NCBI GenBank assembly: GCA_943788815.1
Contig: CALSRS010000003.1
Location: 2,588 to 66,587, forward strand
Length of the DNA stretch: 64,000 nucleotides
Direction of reading: 5' to 3'
DNA from: an uncultured Gammaproteobacteria bacterium
Lineage (GTDB): Bacteria > Pseudomonadota > Gammaproteobacteria > Eutrophobiales > Eutrophobiaceae
The stretch's first letter is position 1. Each line of letters opens with the position of its first letter. The translations under genes were made by a program, and so were the position numbers. Shown in pieces: positions 28,548 to 37,936 of the stretch. The notes under the pieces were generated by a model, which was not told the origin of the DNA, searched no databases, and saw only the letters and a list, made by a program, of their open reading frames with translations.

Positions 28548-29480
28548 ATGCCACCTATTTTAGTTACAGGAGGTTGCGGTTTTATCGGAAGCAACCTGGT
28601 AAATTTTTTTGCACGGAAAGATCAGGAAGTGATAGTACTAGATGACCTGTCAAATTCGCAACTATGTGAGTTTCCCAGGAATGTCGAGTTTTATAGGGGA
28701 GATATAAGGGACACTGACCTTGTCGCAAAACTGATCAGGGAGGTCTCATACATATTTCATTTCGCTGCTGTTACCGCCATACCGCGGACAATCCATGAAT
28801 GGACAGATGCGCACAGTGTAAATCTGGGTGGCACCGTCGCATTATTCGAAATTGCCAGCCAGCAGCAGACCCCCCCCCCTGTCGTGTTTGCGTCCAGTTC
28901 CGCAGTATATGGCAATTCCATAATCAAGAACTCGGAATTCCGTGATACAGATCCGGTTAGCCCTTATGGTTTGGATAAGTTGGTCTGCGAGAAGCAGGCA
29001 GAGTTATTTGGAAAACTAAAGGGATTAAAAACTATTGGATTAAGATTGTTTAATGTTTACGGGAATCATGCTAACAGCAAATCGGATTATGTGGGCGTTA
29101 TAGATCGGTTTATCAGAAACATATTATCAGGTGGTGATTTAAAAATTTATGGAGACGGAAAGCAAACAAGAGATTTTATACACATAGACGATGTGGTTAA
29201 TATTGCATACAGAATCTCTTCCAGTATCAGTGAAATGAGCCAAGTAATAAATGTCGCCTCTGGAAAGTCTGCTTCAATATTAGAGGTTGCAGAGGAGCTT
29301 ATATCAACTACAGGAATAAATATCGAGATTACTCATGATCCGGGCAGGCCTGGTGATATCTATAAGTCTCTGGCTGACATATCTGTATTACAGGGGATGT
29401 TGCCGGATTACAAATTTGTCAGTTTGAACGATGGACTAGGTATAACCCTGCAACGTTATAAAGCCAGCCTGAAAAATTAA
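28548..29480 (+). CDS. NAD-dependent sugar-nucleotide epimerase/dehydratase (SDR family)
   Basis: I placed the start at the ATG (MPPILVTGGCGFIGSNL). The catalytic pair is SPYGLDK (YxxxK). The CDS contains a C10 homopolymer at 28870-28879. Confidence 0.85.
   Translation: MPPILVTGGCGFIGSNLVNFFARKDQEVIVLDDLSNSQLCEFPRNVEFYRGDIRDTDLVAKLIREVSYIFHFAAVTAIPRTIHEWTDAHSVNLGGTVALFEIASQQQTPPPVVFASSSAVYGNSIIKNSEFRDTDPVSPYGLDKLVCEKQAELFGKLKGLKTIGLRLFNVYGNHANSKSDYVGVIDRFIRNILSGGDLKIYGDGKQTRDFIHIDDVVNIAYRISSSISEMSQVINVASGKSASILEVAEELISTTGINIEITHDPGRPGDIYKSLADISVLQGMLPDYKFVSLNDGLGITLQRYKASLKN
28870..28879 (+). repeat. C10 homopolymer inside the epimerase CDS (encodes TPPP)
   Basis: I counted it directly (cag cag cag acc ccc ccc cct gtc). 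It is currently in frame. Confidence 0.9.
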
Positions 29481-29529
29481 TTGAGCTAACGGAAAAATAA
29501 ATTCTGAAAATTTTGAATGAACAGTAATC

Positions 29530-30708
29530 ATGTCAATTGTCATTAATAATGTTTTGTTGCCAAAGTGTAGCAAGGCAAATTCTGTTTCTGTCACTTCCCG
29601 GGACGGTGTCCTGAATAATTACAATGGTAAGTCTGGGAGCAATATTAATTATGTTCTGGATTTCTGTGACAAGGTGATCGCCTTTCCCGGGATCATCAAT
29701 TCTCATGATCATCTGGATTTCAATAATTTACCTTTGCTAAAAAGCCATGAATATGATGATTATGAGGAATGGGCGAAAGATATACATGAAAATAAGAAAT
29801 TCAGGGATATTATTACGAAATCAAACAAAATTCCTTACCATATGAAAATCAAGACCGGCCTGATCAAAAATGTAGTGTGTGGGGTTACTACCGTAGTTAA
29901 TCATGGGAGGAAAATAAACAAGTTCTTTGAAGGGATAGATGTATATGAACAATGTAAAATTCTTCATTCTGAAAAATATGAAAAGTGGTTGCCAGTAAAA
30001 TTGAATTTTTCAAACGGGGTCGTTCCGATAGCTATACACCTTGGTGAGGGAAAGACAGATTCAATGAGAAAGGAGATTGACAGGGTATTGAATTACAATT
30101 TATTTAATAAAAAAATTATCGGAATACACGGTATTTCGATAGACACAAATCAGGCAAAAAAAATCAGGGCATTAGTTTGGTGTCCGGAATCTAATCATCA
30201 GCTATACGGAAAGACTGCTCCAGTCGACGAAATAAAAAAATCTACAACAATATTGTTTGGCACGGATTCAACACTTTCAGCAGACTGGAATATATGGAAA
30301 CATTTAAGAATTGCCAGAAAGCTTAAATATCTGTGCGATGAAGAATTATTTTATACCTTGAATAGGAATGCCGCAGATGTATGGGGGATGGCTCTGGCGG
30401 ATAATATTTGTAGTGGATATTCTTCCGATATTGTTTTAGCAAAATGTACCCGGAACAATTATTGGGATAGCCTGTATATACTTGAGCCTGAAGATATTCT
30501 GCTTGTGATTAAAAAAGGCAAAATTGTGTTTTTTGACGAATCTGTATTTAACATGCTCGACGGCAAAGTGCCGGAAGAAATAAATTGGGGAAAAATTAGG
30601 GTTCAAAATTCAGTTAAATATATTCCAGCTAGTCTGATAGATGGGTTCGGTGAAGGGTATGTCTTTAATATCATGCCAGTAGAAATTCTAAAAAGTAAAA
30701 TACATTAG
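29530..30708 (+). CDS. amidohydrolase-superfamily metal-dependent hydrolase
   Basis: It has the N-terminal metal-binding motif GIINSHDHLDF and a later GTDS motif. Length is 392 aa. Confidence 0.5.
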   Translation: MSIVINNVLLPKCSKANSVSVTSRDGVLNNYNGKSGSNINYVLDFCDKVIAFPGIINSHDHLDFNNLPLLKSHEYDDYEEWAKDIHENKKFRDIITKSNKIPYHMKIKTGLIKNVVCGVTTVVNHGRKINKFFEGIDVYEQCKILHSEKYEKWLPVKLNFSNGVVPIAIHLGEGKTDSMRKEIDRVLNYNLFNKKIIGIHGISIDTNQAKKIRALVWCPESNHQLYGKTAPVDEIKKSTTILFGTDSTLSADWNIWKHLRIARKLKYLCDEELFYTLNRNAADVWGMALADNICSGYSSDIVLAKCTRNNYWDSLYILEPEDILLVIKKGKIVFFDESVFNMLDGKVPEEINWGKIRVQNSVKYIPASLIDGFGEGYVFNIMPVEILKSKIH

Positions 30709-30741
30709 TATTTCCAGTATAAACATCACGTATTTGTATTT

Positions 30742-31752
30742 ATGGATAGTGGAACGGATAAGATGCTTTTAAAAACAGAACTAGCAAATATTCTGGGTTA
30801 TCAGGGAGAGTTGGGTTACGAAGCTGAATACCCACTGCTAGAGGTCCCGGTCAGGGTGCGAAGTAATAATGTGCAGGTTATGAAAAATGCAGGTGTTGCA
30901 CTTGGTCACTGGCAGAACTGTAAAATGGATAAGAAAGAAAACTTTCCAGAATTGACTGTAGATATTATTTTGCAGGAAACAGATTCAGGGCCACCGCCTG
31001 ATGAGTATAAATTTACCCATAGGTACCGGGATGGTATATATCTAGCAAGTTGCGGCGATAATCTTTTGCTGGCCCTCAGGAATTCCGGAAAAGCAATTGC
31101 ATATGTGACTAATGATTTACTTGAAAATGTTGCAGCATTTAACTGGTTTGTTGTTGAGGCACTGTCATTATTCCTTGTTACCTATGGTCGGCGGGTACCG
31201 ATTCATGCTTCTGCCGTTACTAATGGAGACATTTCAATTGCGTTTATTGGTAATAGCGGAGCAGGAAAATCAAGTCTGGCTTATACGTTCCTGAAAAGTG
31301 GCTTCGGTTTGCTTGCTGAAGACGTAATTTATATGGGAATGGGAGACGATTTCAAGGTTTGGGGTAATTCAACAAGAATTCATCTCCTGCCCGATGCTAT
31401 AAACCTTTTTCCAGAATTGGAGGGCCGCATTCCCATTAAACGTCCAAATGGCAAGGTGAAAATTCAGATACCAATATCCGAGTTCAGCAATCCGGAACCG
31501 GTATTTGCAGTAGATAATATGTATATCTGTGTGATAGAACCAAACCATCTCAATAATAAAAGTTATATCAAACCTGTTTCTAGAGAATATGTGAGTAATT
31601 TCATCATGTCATCACTGGAGCCTGGTTTTAATCTAGAGTTTGAGAATTTAAAAGAATCTATGGATAAACTTTTGTGTTGTAATTTATATCTCCTGACGGC
31701 AGGCAAGAATCTGGCGGATATTCCGGATATGATGTTGGAATTAGATAATTAA
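30742..31752 (+). CDS. HPr-kinase-related (HprK C-terminal-domain-like) P-loop protein
   Basis: IHASAV...IAFIGNSGAGKSSLAYTF followed by LLAEDV matches the HprK-related kinase pattern. Confidence 0.55.
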   Translation: MDSGTDKMLLKTELANILGYQGELGYEAEYPLLEVPVRVRSNNVQVMKNAGVALGHWQNCKMDKKENFPELTVDIILQETDSGPPPDEYKFTHRYRDGIYLASCGDNLLLALRNSGKAIAYVTNDLLENVAAFNWFVVEALSLFLVTYGRRVPIHASAVTNGDISIAFIGNSGAGKSSLAYTFLKSGFGLLAEDVIYMGMGDDFKVWGNSTRIHLLPDAINLFPELEGRIPIKRPNGKVKIQIPISEFSNPEPVFAVDNMYICVIEPNHLNNKSYIKPVSREYVSNFIMSSLEPGFNLEFENLKESMDKLLCCNLYLLTAGKNLADIPDMMLELDN

Positions 31753-31796
31753 TTTAATCTGTGTAATACGGATAACCGATAAAATGGAGATTACAA

Positions 31797-33242
31797 GTGG
31801 TTGATGTTTTACTGGCACATGCCTTTTATATTTCGAATGATACGAAACAGCGTGATGAAAAGTTTCGTCCATATGCGCCATTAGCAACATTGTATGCGGC
31901 AAGTATATTGCGCGGACTTGATTATAATGTGGAATTATTCGATGCCACCCTTCAGGATAAGGAGGAACAATTCAGAACGTATCTGGAGAAACACAATCCC
32001 AGGATAATTGTTATTTATGAGGACAGTTTTAATTTTCTGAGCAAAATGTGCCTCAACCATGTAAGAGAAGCGACCATAAAAATGGTTGCCGAGGCAAAAA
32101 GACTGTCTGTCCCTGTGATCATAAGCAGTTCCGATGCAAGTGATGATCCACATGCGTATTTATCCAAGGGTGTGGACTATATTATGCTGGGTGAAGCGGA
32201 TATAACTGTATCAGAGTTAGTCCAGTCATTATTATCTAACGATTCTGCAAATTTAGATTCAATACAAGGCGTCGCTTATCTTGATGCTGAAGATAAAAAC
32301 AAGGTCATTAAAACAGGTCCGCGTTTGATAATGAGGAAGATAGGGCATATACCGTTCCCGGCCAGGGATCTTCTCGATATTGATTCTTACCGGATGGCAT
32401 GGAATAATACCCACGGTTATTTTAGTATGAATATGGTAACTACCAGAGGCTGTCCTTATTCGTGTACTTGGTGCGCAAAACCAATCTGGGGTAAATCCTA
32501 TGCAGTCAGGTCTCCTGAAAATGTGGCCGAGGAAATGGCAATTGTAAAACAGGAATTTTCCCCGGATCATATTTGGTTTATGGATGATATATTTGGACTA
32601 AAGCCCGGATGGGTAGAAAAATTTGCATATGAGGTGACGACCAGGGGTGCTGAAATTCCATTTATGATCCAGTCACGGGCAGATTTGATGCAGGAAGAAG
32701 TCGTGATCGGTCTGGCTCAATCTGGTTGTAAAGAAGTGTGGATTGGTGCCGAAAGTGGTAGTCAAAAGGTCCTTGATGCAATGAAAAAAGGTATAACAGT
32801 TGCTCAGATACAAAGAGCTCGAGAATTACTTGGTAAAAACGATATCCGGGCCTGCTTTTTTATCCAGTTTGGTTATCCGGGGGAAACAATTGAAGATATC
32901 GAAGCGACCATAAGTCTGGTCAGAACTTTACTGCCAGACAATATCGGAGTAAGCGTTAGTTATCCTTTGCCAGGGACAGAATTTCACGAGCAGGTGAATG
33001 ACCAGATTTCAGAAAAATCACACTGGGCGGAAAGTAATGATCTGGAGATAATGTTTAACGGGACATTTACATCCGACTATTATCGGAAACTGGGAGATTT
33101 TTTGCATAGAGACCTGGATGCCAGGTTAAATTACGATGAAAATTTAGATGATATCTCCGCGCTTGATAAAGAATGGGAAGAACTTGTAATAACTGCAGAT
33201 CAGTATATGACAAATGCCCCAACTTCTCCTTACCCTAATTAG
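31797..33242 (+). CDS. B12-binding-domain radical SAM enzyme (class B)
   Basis: It has a GTG start and an N-terminal cobalamin-binding-type Rossmann segment. The CxxxCxxC motif lies in TTRGCPYSCTWCAKP. Length is 481 aa. Confidence 0.8.
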   Translation: MVDVLLAHAFYISNDTKQRDEKFRPYAPLATLYAASILRGLDYNVELFDATLQDKEEQFRTYLEKHNPRIIVIYEDSFNFLSKMCLNHVREATIKMVAEAKRLSVPVIISSSDASDDPHAYLSKGVDYIMLGEADITVSELVQSLLSNDSANLDSIQGVAYLDAEDKNKVIKTGPRLIMRKIGHIPFPARDLLDIDSYRMAWNNTHGYFSMNMVTTRGCPYSCTWCAKPIWGKSYAVRSPENVAEEMAIVKQEFSPDHIWFMDDIFGLKPGWVEKFAYEVTTRGAEIPFMIQSRADLMQEEVVIGLAQSGCKEVWIGAESGSQKVLDAMKKGITVAQIQRARELLGKNDIRACFFIQFGYPGETIEDIEATISLVRTLLPDNIGVSVSYPLPGTEFHEQVNDQISEKSHWAESNDLEIMFNGTFTSDYYRKLGDFLHRDLDARLNYDENLDDISALDKEWEELVITADQYMTNAPTSPYPN

Positions 33243-33245
33243 TTC

Positions 33246-34652
33246 ATGATAGACCTGATCCTCACGCATGGATATTTTCTATGTGATGACGAAAAAGAGA
33301 AACAGATTATGAAACCCTATGCTCCCCTGGGTTTGATGTATATCTCTTCCTACCTTAAGCAAAATGGTTTCAAAGTGGAGCTGATTGACTCAACTTTTTT
33401 AGACATTGGTATCCTGAAGAAATATCTTTCAGAAAATCCGGGAGGAATTCTCGGTATTTATACCAATTTAATAACGCGTCATAACATAATTCGTATCATA
33501 CAATTCGCGAAACAAAATAATTTCAGTGTTGTTCTTGGTGGACCTGAGTCTGCAAACTATCCTGAAAATTATCTTAATAATGGCGCGGATATTGTTGTCA
33601 TTGGAGAGGGTGAACAAGCACTCTCAGAACTGATTCCTGCAATACGCGAGAAAGGTGTAAATAGATTAAGTTCTATTTCCGGTATCGTATTCAAGGATGA
33701 ATCCGGGAAGGTGATTAAAACACAGCCCCGTCAGGCAACACGGGATATTAGTAGTTATCCCTGGCCCGACAGGGAAGCAGTTGATGTTAATCGCTACTTA
33801 AATGTTTGGCGGGAGCATCATGGTGCAGGAAGTATTAGTATGATCACAGCTAGAGGTTGCCCTTACAGGTGTACATGGTGCTCGCATGCGGTATTTGGAT
33901 ATAGCCATAGAAGACGAAAGCCTGCTGAATGTGCAGATGAACTGGAATATATAATTGGCAAATTCGATCCTGACAAAATATGGTATGCCGATGATGTATT
34001 TACTATCAGTCACCCATGGTTGTTTGATTATGAGAAAGAATTAAAAAAGAGAAATATCAAAATTCCCTTCGAAACCATTTCCCGGGCAGACAGGCTGATG
34101 AATCCTGCTGCTCTGGATACATTGGCCGAGATGGGTTGTGAACGCATCTGGATAGGGTCTGAAAGTGGTAGCCAGAGAATCCTCGATGCAATGAAGCGGG
34201 ATGTCACCGTAGAACAGGTTCAATGGGCAACACGCGAGGTAAAGGAAAGAGGAATCAAGGTTGGCATGTTTCTAATGTGGGGGTACGGAGATGAAACGCT
34301 TGATGATATCGAAATGACGGTGGAGCATGTGAAACTTTCAAATCCGGATGTTTTTTTTACAACTGTGGCTTACCCTATAAAAAATACTCCATTTTTTGAT
34401 GAATATGCCGACAGTATATCAATGACAGGTGACTGGGATTCCAGCACTGATAGGGACTACAAATTGTCCACGCAGCGTGATCCAGAGTATTACAAGGCAG
34501 CAGATAAACTGTTATTCAATTCTGTAGAAGCATATCGCATCAACAATACAATGAACGATGATTTTAAAAATTACACACAGTGTGCCGATGAGGCCAGACA
34601 GTTTTTGATAAATTATGAACGAAAGCATGCCATCAACAAAACAGGCATTTGA
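33246..34652 (+). CDS. B12-binding-domain radical SAM enzyme (class B), paralogue
   Basis: The CxxxCxxC motif lies in TARGCPYRCTWCSHA. The protein is colinear with the preceding one (shared KPYAPLG, IWIG.ESGSQ..LDAMK.). The gap to the preceding gene is 3 nt. Confidence 0.8.
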   Translation: MIDLILTHGYFLCDDEKEKQIMKPYAPLGLMYISSYLKQNGFKVELIDSTFLDIGILKKYLSENPGGILGIYTNLITRHNIIRIIQFAKQNNFSVVLGGPESANYPENYLNNGADIVVIGEGEQALSELIPAIREKGVNRLSSISGIVFKDESGKVIKTQPRQATRDISSYPWPDREAVDVNRYLNVWREHHGAGSISMITARGCPYRCTWCSHAVFGYSHRRRKPAECADELEYIIGKFDPDKIWYADDVFTISHPWLFDYEKELKKRNIKIPFETISRADRLMNPAALDTLAEMGCERIWIGSESGSQRILDAMKRDVTVEQVQWATREVKERGIKVGMFLMWGYGDETLDDIEMTVEHVKLSNPDVFFTTVAYPIKNTPFFDEYADSISMTGDWDSSTDRDYKLSTQRDPEYYKAADKLLFNSVEAYRINNTMNDDFKNYTQCADEARQFLINYERKHAINKTGI

Positions 34653-35409
34653 CCAGCTTGCCCGTAATTACGATTCAATTTTCACCAATACGAATATTGG
34701 TAAGATGTTGCGGCAACGTACCCACGAACTCTTGGACGAGATTTTTCTCCCTGAAGACATCGTTCTGGTTCTGAATTGTGGAACTGGTGAAGATGTATTA
34801 TATCTTGCAAGCCGCGGTATTAAGGTGATTGCAACGGATAGTTCTGCTGAAATGATTAAATATGCGAGGATCAAAATTAAGGATGGTGGACTGGAAAATA
34901 GGGTGATATTCAAACAAATTGATTTTGATGAACTTGATGCATGTCTTGATCCTGACGAGCAATTTGATGGCGTAGTGTCAAACTTTGGTGGTCTTAACTG
35001 TTCCAGGGATTTGACATTACTGGCAGGCGAACTCTCAAAATATGTTCGAGTTGGCGGACGGCTTTACTTGTGTATTATGGGGCGGTTTGTTCCGTGGGAA
35101 TGGTTCTACCTGGGATTAAAGGGAAATTTTAGCAGGGTAATAGAGCGGATTTCAGGTAGCTGTATGTGGAGAGGACGGTACATAAAATATTATACTCCCG
35201 GTTCAGTTATTAAATCATTCTCTGATAATTTCCGTGCTGCTGATTCCAGAGGTCTGGGTTTTCTTCTTCCTCCCAGTTACGCTGGGTCATTAGTTTCAAG
35301 ATACCCTGATTTTTTTCAGTTGCTGAATAGATTAGAAAAGAAGATCGAATCCTGTTTCGCTGTCTCATGCTTCAGTGACCACTTCATAGTGACATTTTTA
35401 AAGAAGTGA
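34615..35409 (+). CDS. class I SAM-dependent methyltransferase
   Basis: Motif I is VLNCGTGEDVLYLASRGIKVIATD. The 5-prime end overlaps the preceding gene, so the exact start is uncertain. Confidence 0.7.
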   Translation: MNESMPSTKQAFDQLARNYDSIFTNTNIGKMLRQRTHELLDEIFLPEDIVLVLNCGTGEDVLYLASRGIKVIATDSSAEMIKYARIKIKDGGLENRVIFKQIDFDELDACLDPDEQFDGVVSNFGGLNCSRDLTLLAGELSKYVRVGGRLYLCIMGRFVPWEWFYLGLKGNFSRVIERISGSCMWRGRYIKYYTPGSVIKSFSDNFRAADSRGLGFLLPPSYAGSLVSRYPDFFQLLNRLEKKIESCFAVSCFSDHFIVTFLKK

Positions 35410-36329
35410 GAAGTACTGGGAATTGGCATGGCATGTGCCCTGTTTGCAAGTCTGATATTGGTTTGTTGTCATGGCCTGGAAATAAAATTGTATGCAGAAA
35501 TTGTTCGGATTCATTTCAGTCCATTGAAGGAATTTATCAACTCATTAGTACTGACAGACTTGCCAAATATGAAATGTTTCTGGATGAATATACCCGGATA
35601 CGGATTGCAGAAGGAAGAGGAGACCATGGTAATGACTATTACCAGAGATTGCCTGAACCTTCAGCATCCGATCCTCTCGCCTGGCAATGGAAAATCAGGA
35701 ATAAAAGTTTCAGGGCATTATTATCAGCCCTTTGTCTGAAATCTCAAAAGGGTAAGAAAATAATTGACCAGGGTGCCGGAGTTGGGTGGTTATGTAATCG
35801 CTTGGCAGAGATGGGACATCACCCGCTGGCCATTGATATCAATATGGACGATATGGATGGACTAAGCGCAGGTAAAAATTATGATAGAAGATGGCCAGTC
35901 ATACAGGCCGAGTTTGATAATTTACCTCTGGCAGATGACCAAGCTGATGTTGTTATATTCAATGCCAGCTTACATTACAGTACGGATTATTATAATACAT
36001 TGAGAGAAGCGCTACGCGTACTTGCCAATGATGGTAAATTAGTAATCATTGATTCACCCATTTACAGGAAACCAGGGAGTGGAATTCAGATGAAATCTCA
36101 GCGCCATGATTTTTTTGAAAAAAAGTATGGATTTAGATCAGATAGTATTAATAGTATCGAATTTCTGACCTGGGATATGATTAAAGATCTTGGGAACAGT
36201 TTGGGGATAACCTGGAATGTAATCAGGCCATGGTATGGATTGGGATGGGCAATTCGTCCGTTAAAGGCCACTATCAAACGTACAAGAGAACCATCAACTT
36301 TTGCAGTGTTAATTGCGAAACGGAGTTAA
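35406..36329 (+). CDS. SAM-dependent methyltransferase with an N-terminal Cys4 zinc-ribbon
   Basis: CPVCKS...CRNC is followed by motif I IIDQGAGVGWL. The GTG start overlaps the previous stop (GTGA). Confidence 0.65.
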   Translation: MRSTGNWHGMCPVCKSDIGLLSWPGNKIVCRNCSDSFQSIEGIYQLISTDRLAKYEMFLDEYTRIRIAEGRGDHGNDYYQRLPEPSASDPLAWQWKIRNKSFRALLSALCLKSQKGKKIIDQGAGVGWLCNRLAEMGHHPLAIDINMDDMDGLSAGKNYDRRWPVIQAEFDNLPLADDQADVVIFNASLHYSTDYYNTLREALRVLANDGKLVIIDSPIYRKPGSGIQMKSQRHDFFEKKYGFRSDSINSIEFLTWDMIKDLGNSLGITWNVIRPWYGLGWAIRPLKATIKRTREPSTFAVLIAKRS

Positions 36330-36336
36330 CTGAATT

Positions 36337-37335
36337 TTGAGCAATATGTTTACATCTGAACAAGCAATAGAACGACTGCCTGTTGTGGTTTTAATGCTTA
36401 AGACCGACTGTAATTGTCGTTGTGCTATGTGCGATATATGGAAAGATACAAGCAAGGCCTCATTACCCTTGCAAACGATTGAAAATATATCTCGACAAAT
36501 GAAATCATTGAGAACCAGGGAGATAGTCTTGAGTGGTGGTGAGCCACTGATGCATAAGGAAATCGAAAAAATTTGCAGGTTGTTATATTCAAAGAATTTT
36601 AAGATTACCTTAATCACAACGGGTCTATTACTAAAACATCATGCCAGCTGGATAAGTGAATGCATCAAACAAATTTACGTAAGCCTGGATGGACCTGAAG
36701 ATGTTCATAATTCAATTAGAAATATTCCTGGCGCATTTGGGAAAATTACAAGAGGAATAGAAACGGTACGAAATTTCAGAAAGAATATTGGTATTGGAGG
36801 ACGTTGTACTGTCCACAAGCAAAATTTTCAACATATAGTTTCAACGGTAGCGGCAGCCAAGGAAGCAGGAATGGACAGTATCAGTTTTCTTGCTGCAGAT
36901 ATTCAACAGGATAACTTTGGTAGGACCAGCGATTGGAACGAGAACGGAATTTCACTTTCTGCAGAAGAAATAGCAGAATTGGATGATATCCTCGAGCAAT
37001 TATATATTAATAATAAAGTAGATTTTGAATCTGGCTTTATCGTTGAAAGCAGGGATAAACTGCAAAAGAAACTTCTAGATTATTATCGTGCTTTGGCTGA
37101 GGGGAAAGAGTTCCCGGAAGTAGATTGTAATGCGCCATGGGTATCAAGCGTGATTGAAACTGATGGCCGTATCAGACCCTGTTTTTTTCATAAACCTTAT
37201 GATGAGAACATCAATGATGGCACAATTACTGATATTTTAAATTCCTCTTCAGCAAAGGATTGGCGAAAAAACCTGGATGTAAAAACCGATGCAATTTGCA
37301 AATCTTGTGTTTGTTCTCTTTCCTACAGAGAATAG
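36337..37335 (+). CDS. radical SAM enzyme with a C-terminal SPASM/twitch-like Cys cluster
   Basis: The CxxxCxxC motif lies in DCNCRCAMCDIW, and the GGEPL motif is present. The C-terminal Cys pattern is CNAPW...PCFF...CKSCVC. The true start is probably the ATG at 36346. Confidence 0.75.
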   Translation: MSNMFTSEQAIERLPVVVLMLKTDCNCRCAMCDIWKDTSKASLPLQTIENISRQMKSLRTREIVLSGGEPLMHKEIEKICRLLYSKNFKITLITTGLLLKHHASWISECIKQIYVSLDGPEDVHNSIRNIPGAFGKITRGIETVRNFRKNIGIGGRCTVHKQNFQHIVSTVAAAKEAGMDSISFLAADIQQDNFGRTSDWNENGISLSAEEIAELDDILEQLYINNKVDFESGFIVESRDKLQKKLLDYYRALAEGKEFPEVDCNAPWVSSVIETDGRIRPCFFHKPYDENINDGTITDILNSSSAKDWRKNLDVKTDAICKSCVCSLSYRE

Positions 37336-37936
37336 ATTGTCATTTACATAACATATCCGAATTCACCGGCATGACCTGACAGAACGTCCGAAATAAGTTG
37401 AAGTTCTTTTGACAGGTCGGAAAATCTCGTCTGGGGGGTAATTCAATTTCATATGTCTCATGATTTTGATATGACGAATAAAATGTTCCCTCTTATATCG
37501 ATAATTGAAGTATTCTCGAATATGATTTTTCGGGATGTCCATTCAAATATTCTTTCTTTGGATAATGTAGTGAGTATTGAATGTCCGACCAGTAATTTTG
37601 TCAATAATATTGTGCCACTAGGGTGTGACCGTTAGAAAAAAAAGGATTTTCCGCTAATTCAAATAAATCGCATGATTCGGATCCAGAATTTTACATTACT
37701 TTTCGTATCTAGACCGTGCCTGGATCACTGGGTAAAGGAAAACCGTTTAAATGTTGACAATGCTACTTTTTGATACGTGAATTAATATCTTGTAGTTTTG
37801 AATTAAATTTAATTAGCAGTTCTTATTATGTATATTGATATATCAAATAACAGAAAATTATAATGAAACTGGTATCTATCAATCATTTATTAATTAATTA
37901 ATTTTATAATAATTAAATGTATCGGAATCATATAAA

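Noticed and set aside
35428-35739. A 103-aa alternative-frame ORF at the start of the second methyltransferase gene.
   Set aside because: It overlaps the frame that carries the zinc-ribbon and SAM-binding motifs and has no features of its own.
37453-37635. A 60-aa plus-strand ORF in the inter-operon spacer, considered as a real gene or precursor.
   Set aside because: It has no ribosome-binding site, and it overlaps an equally long minus-strand ORF that looks like a gene relic. I kept it as a finding to test, not as a feature.
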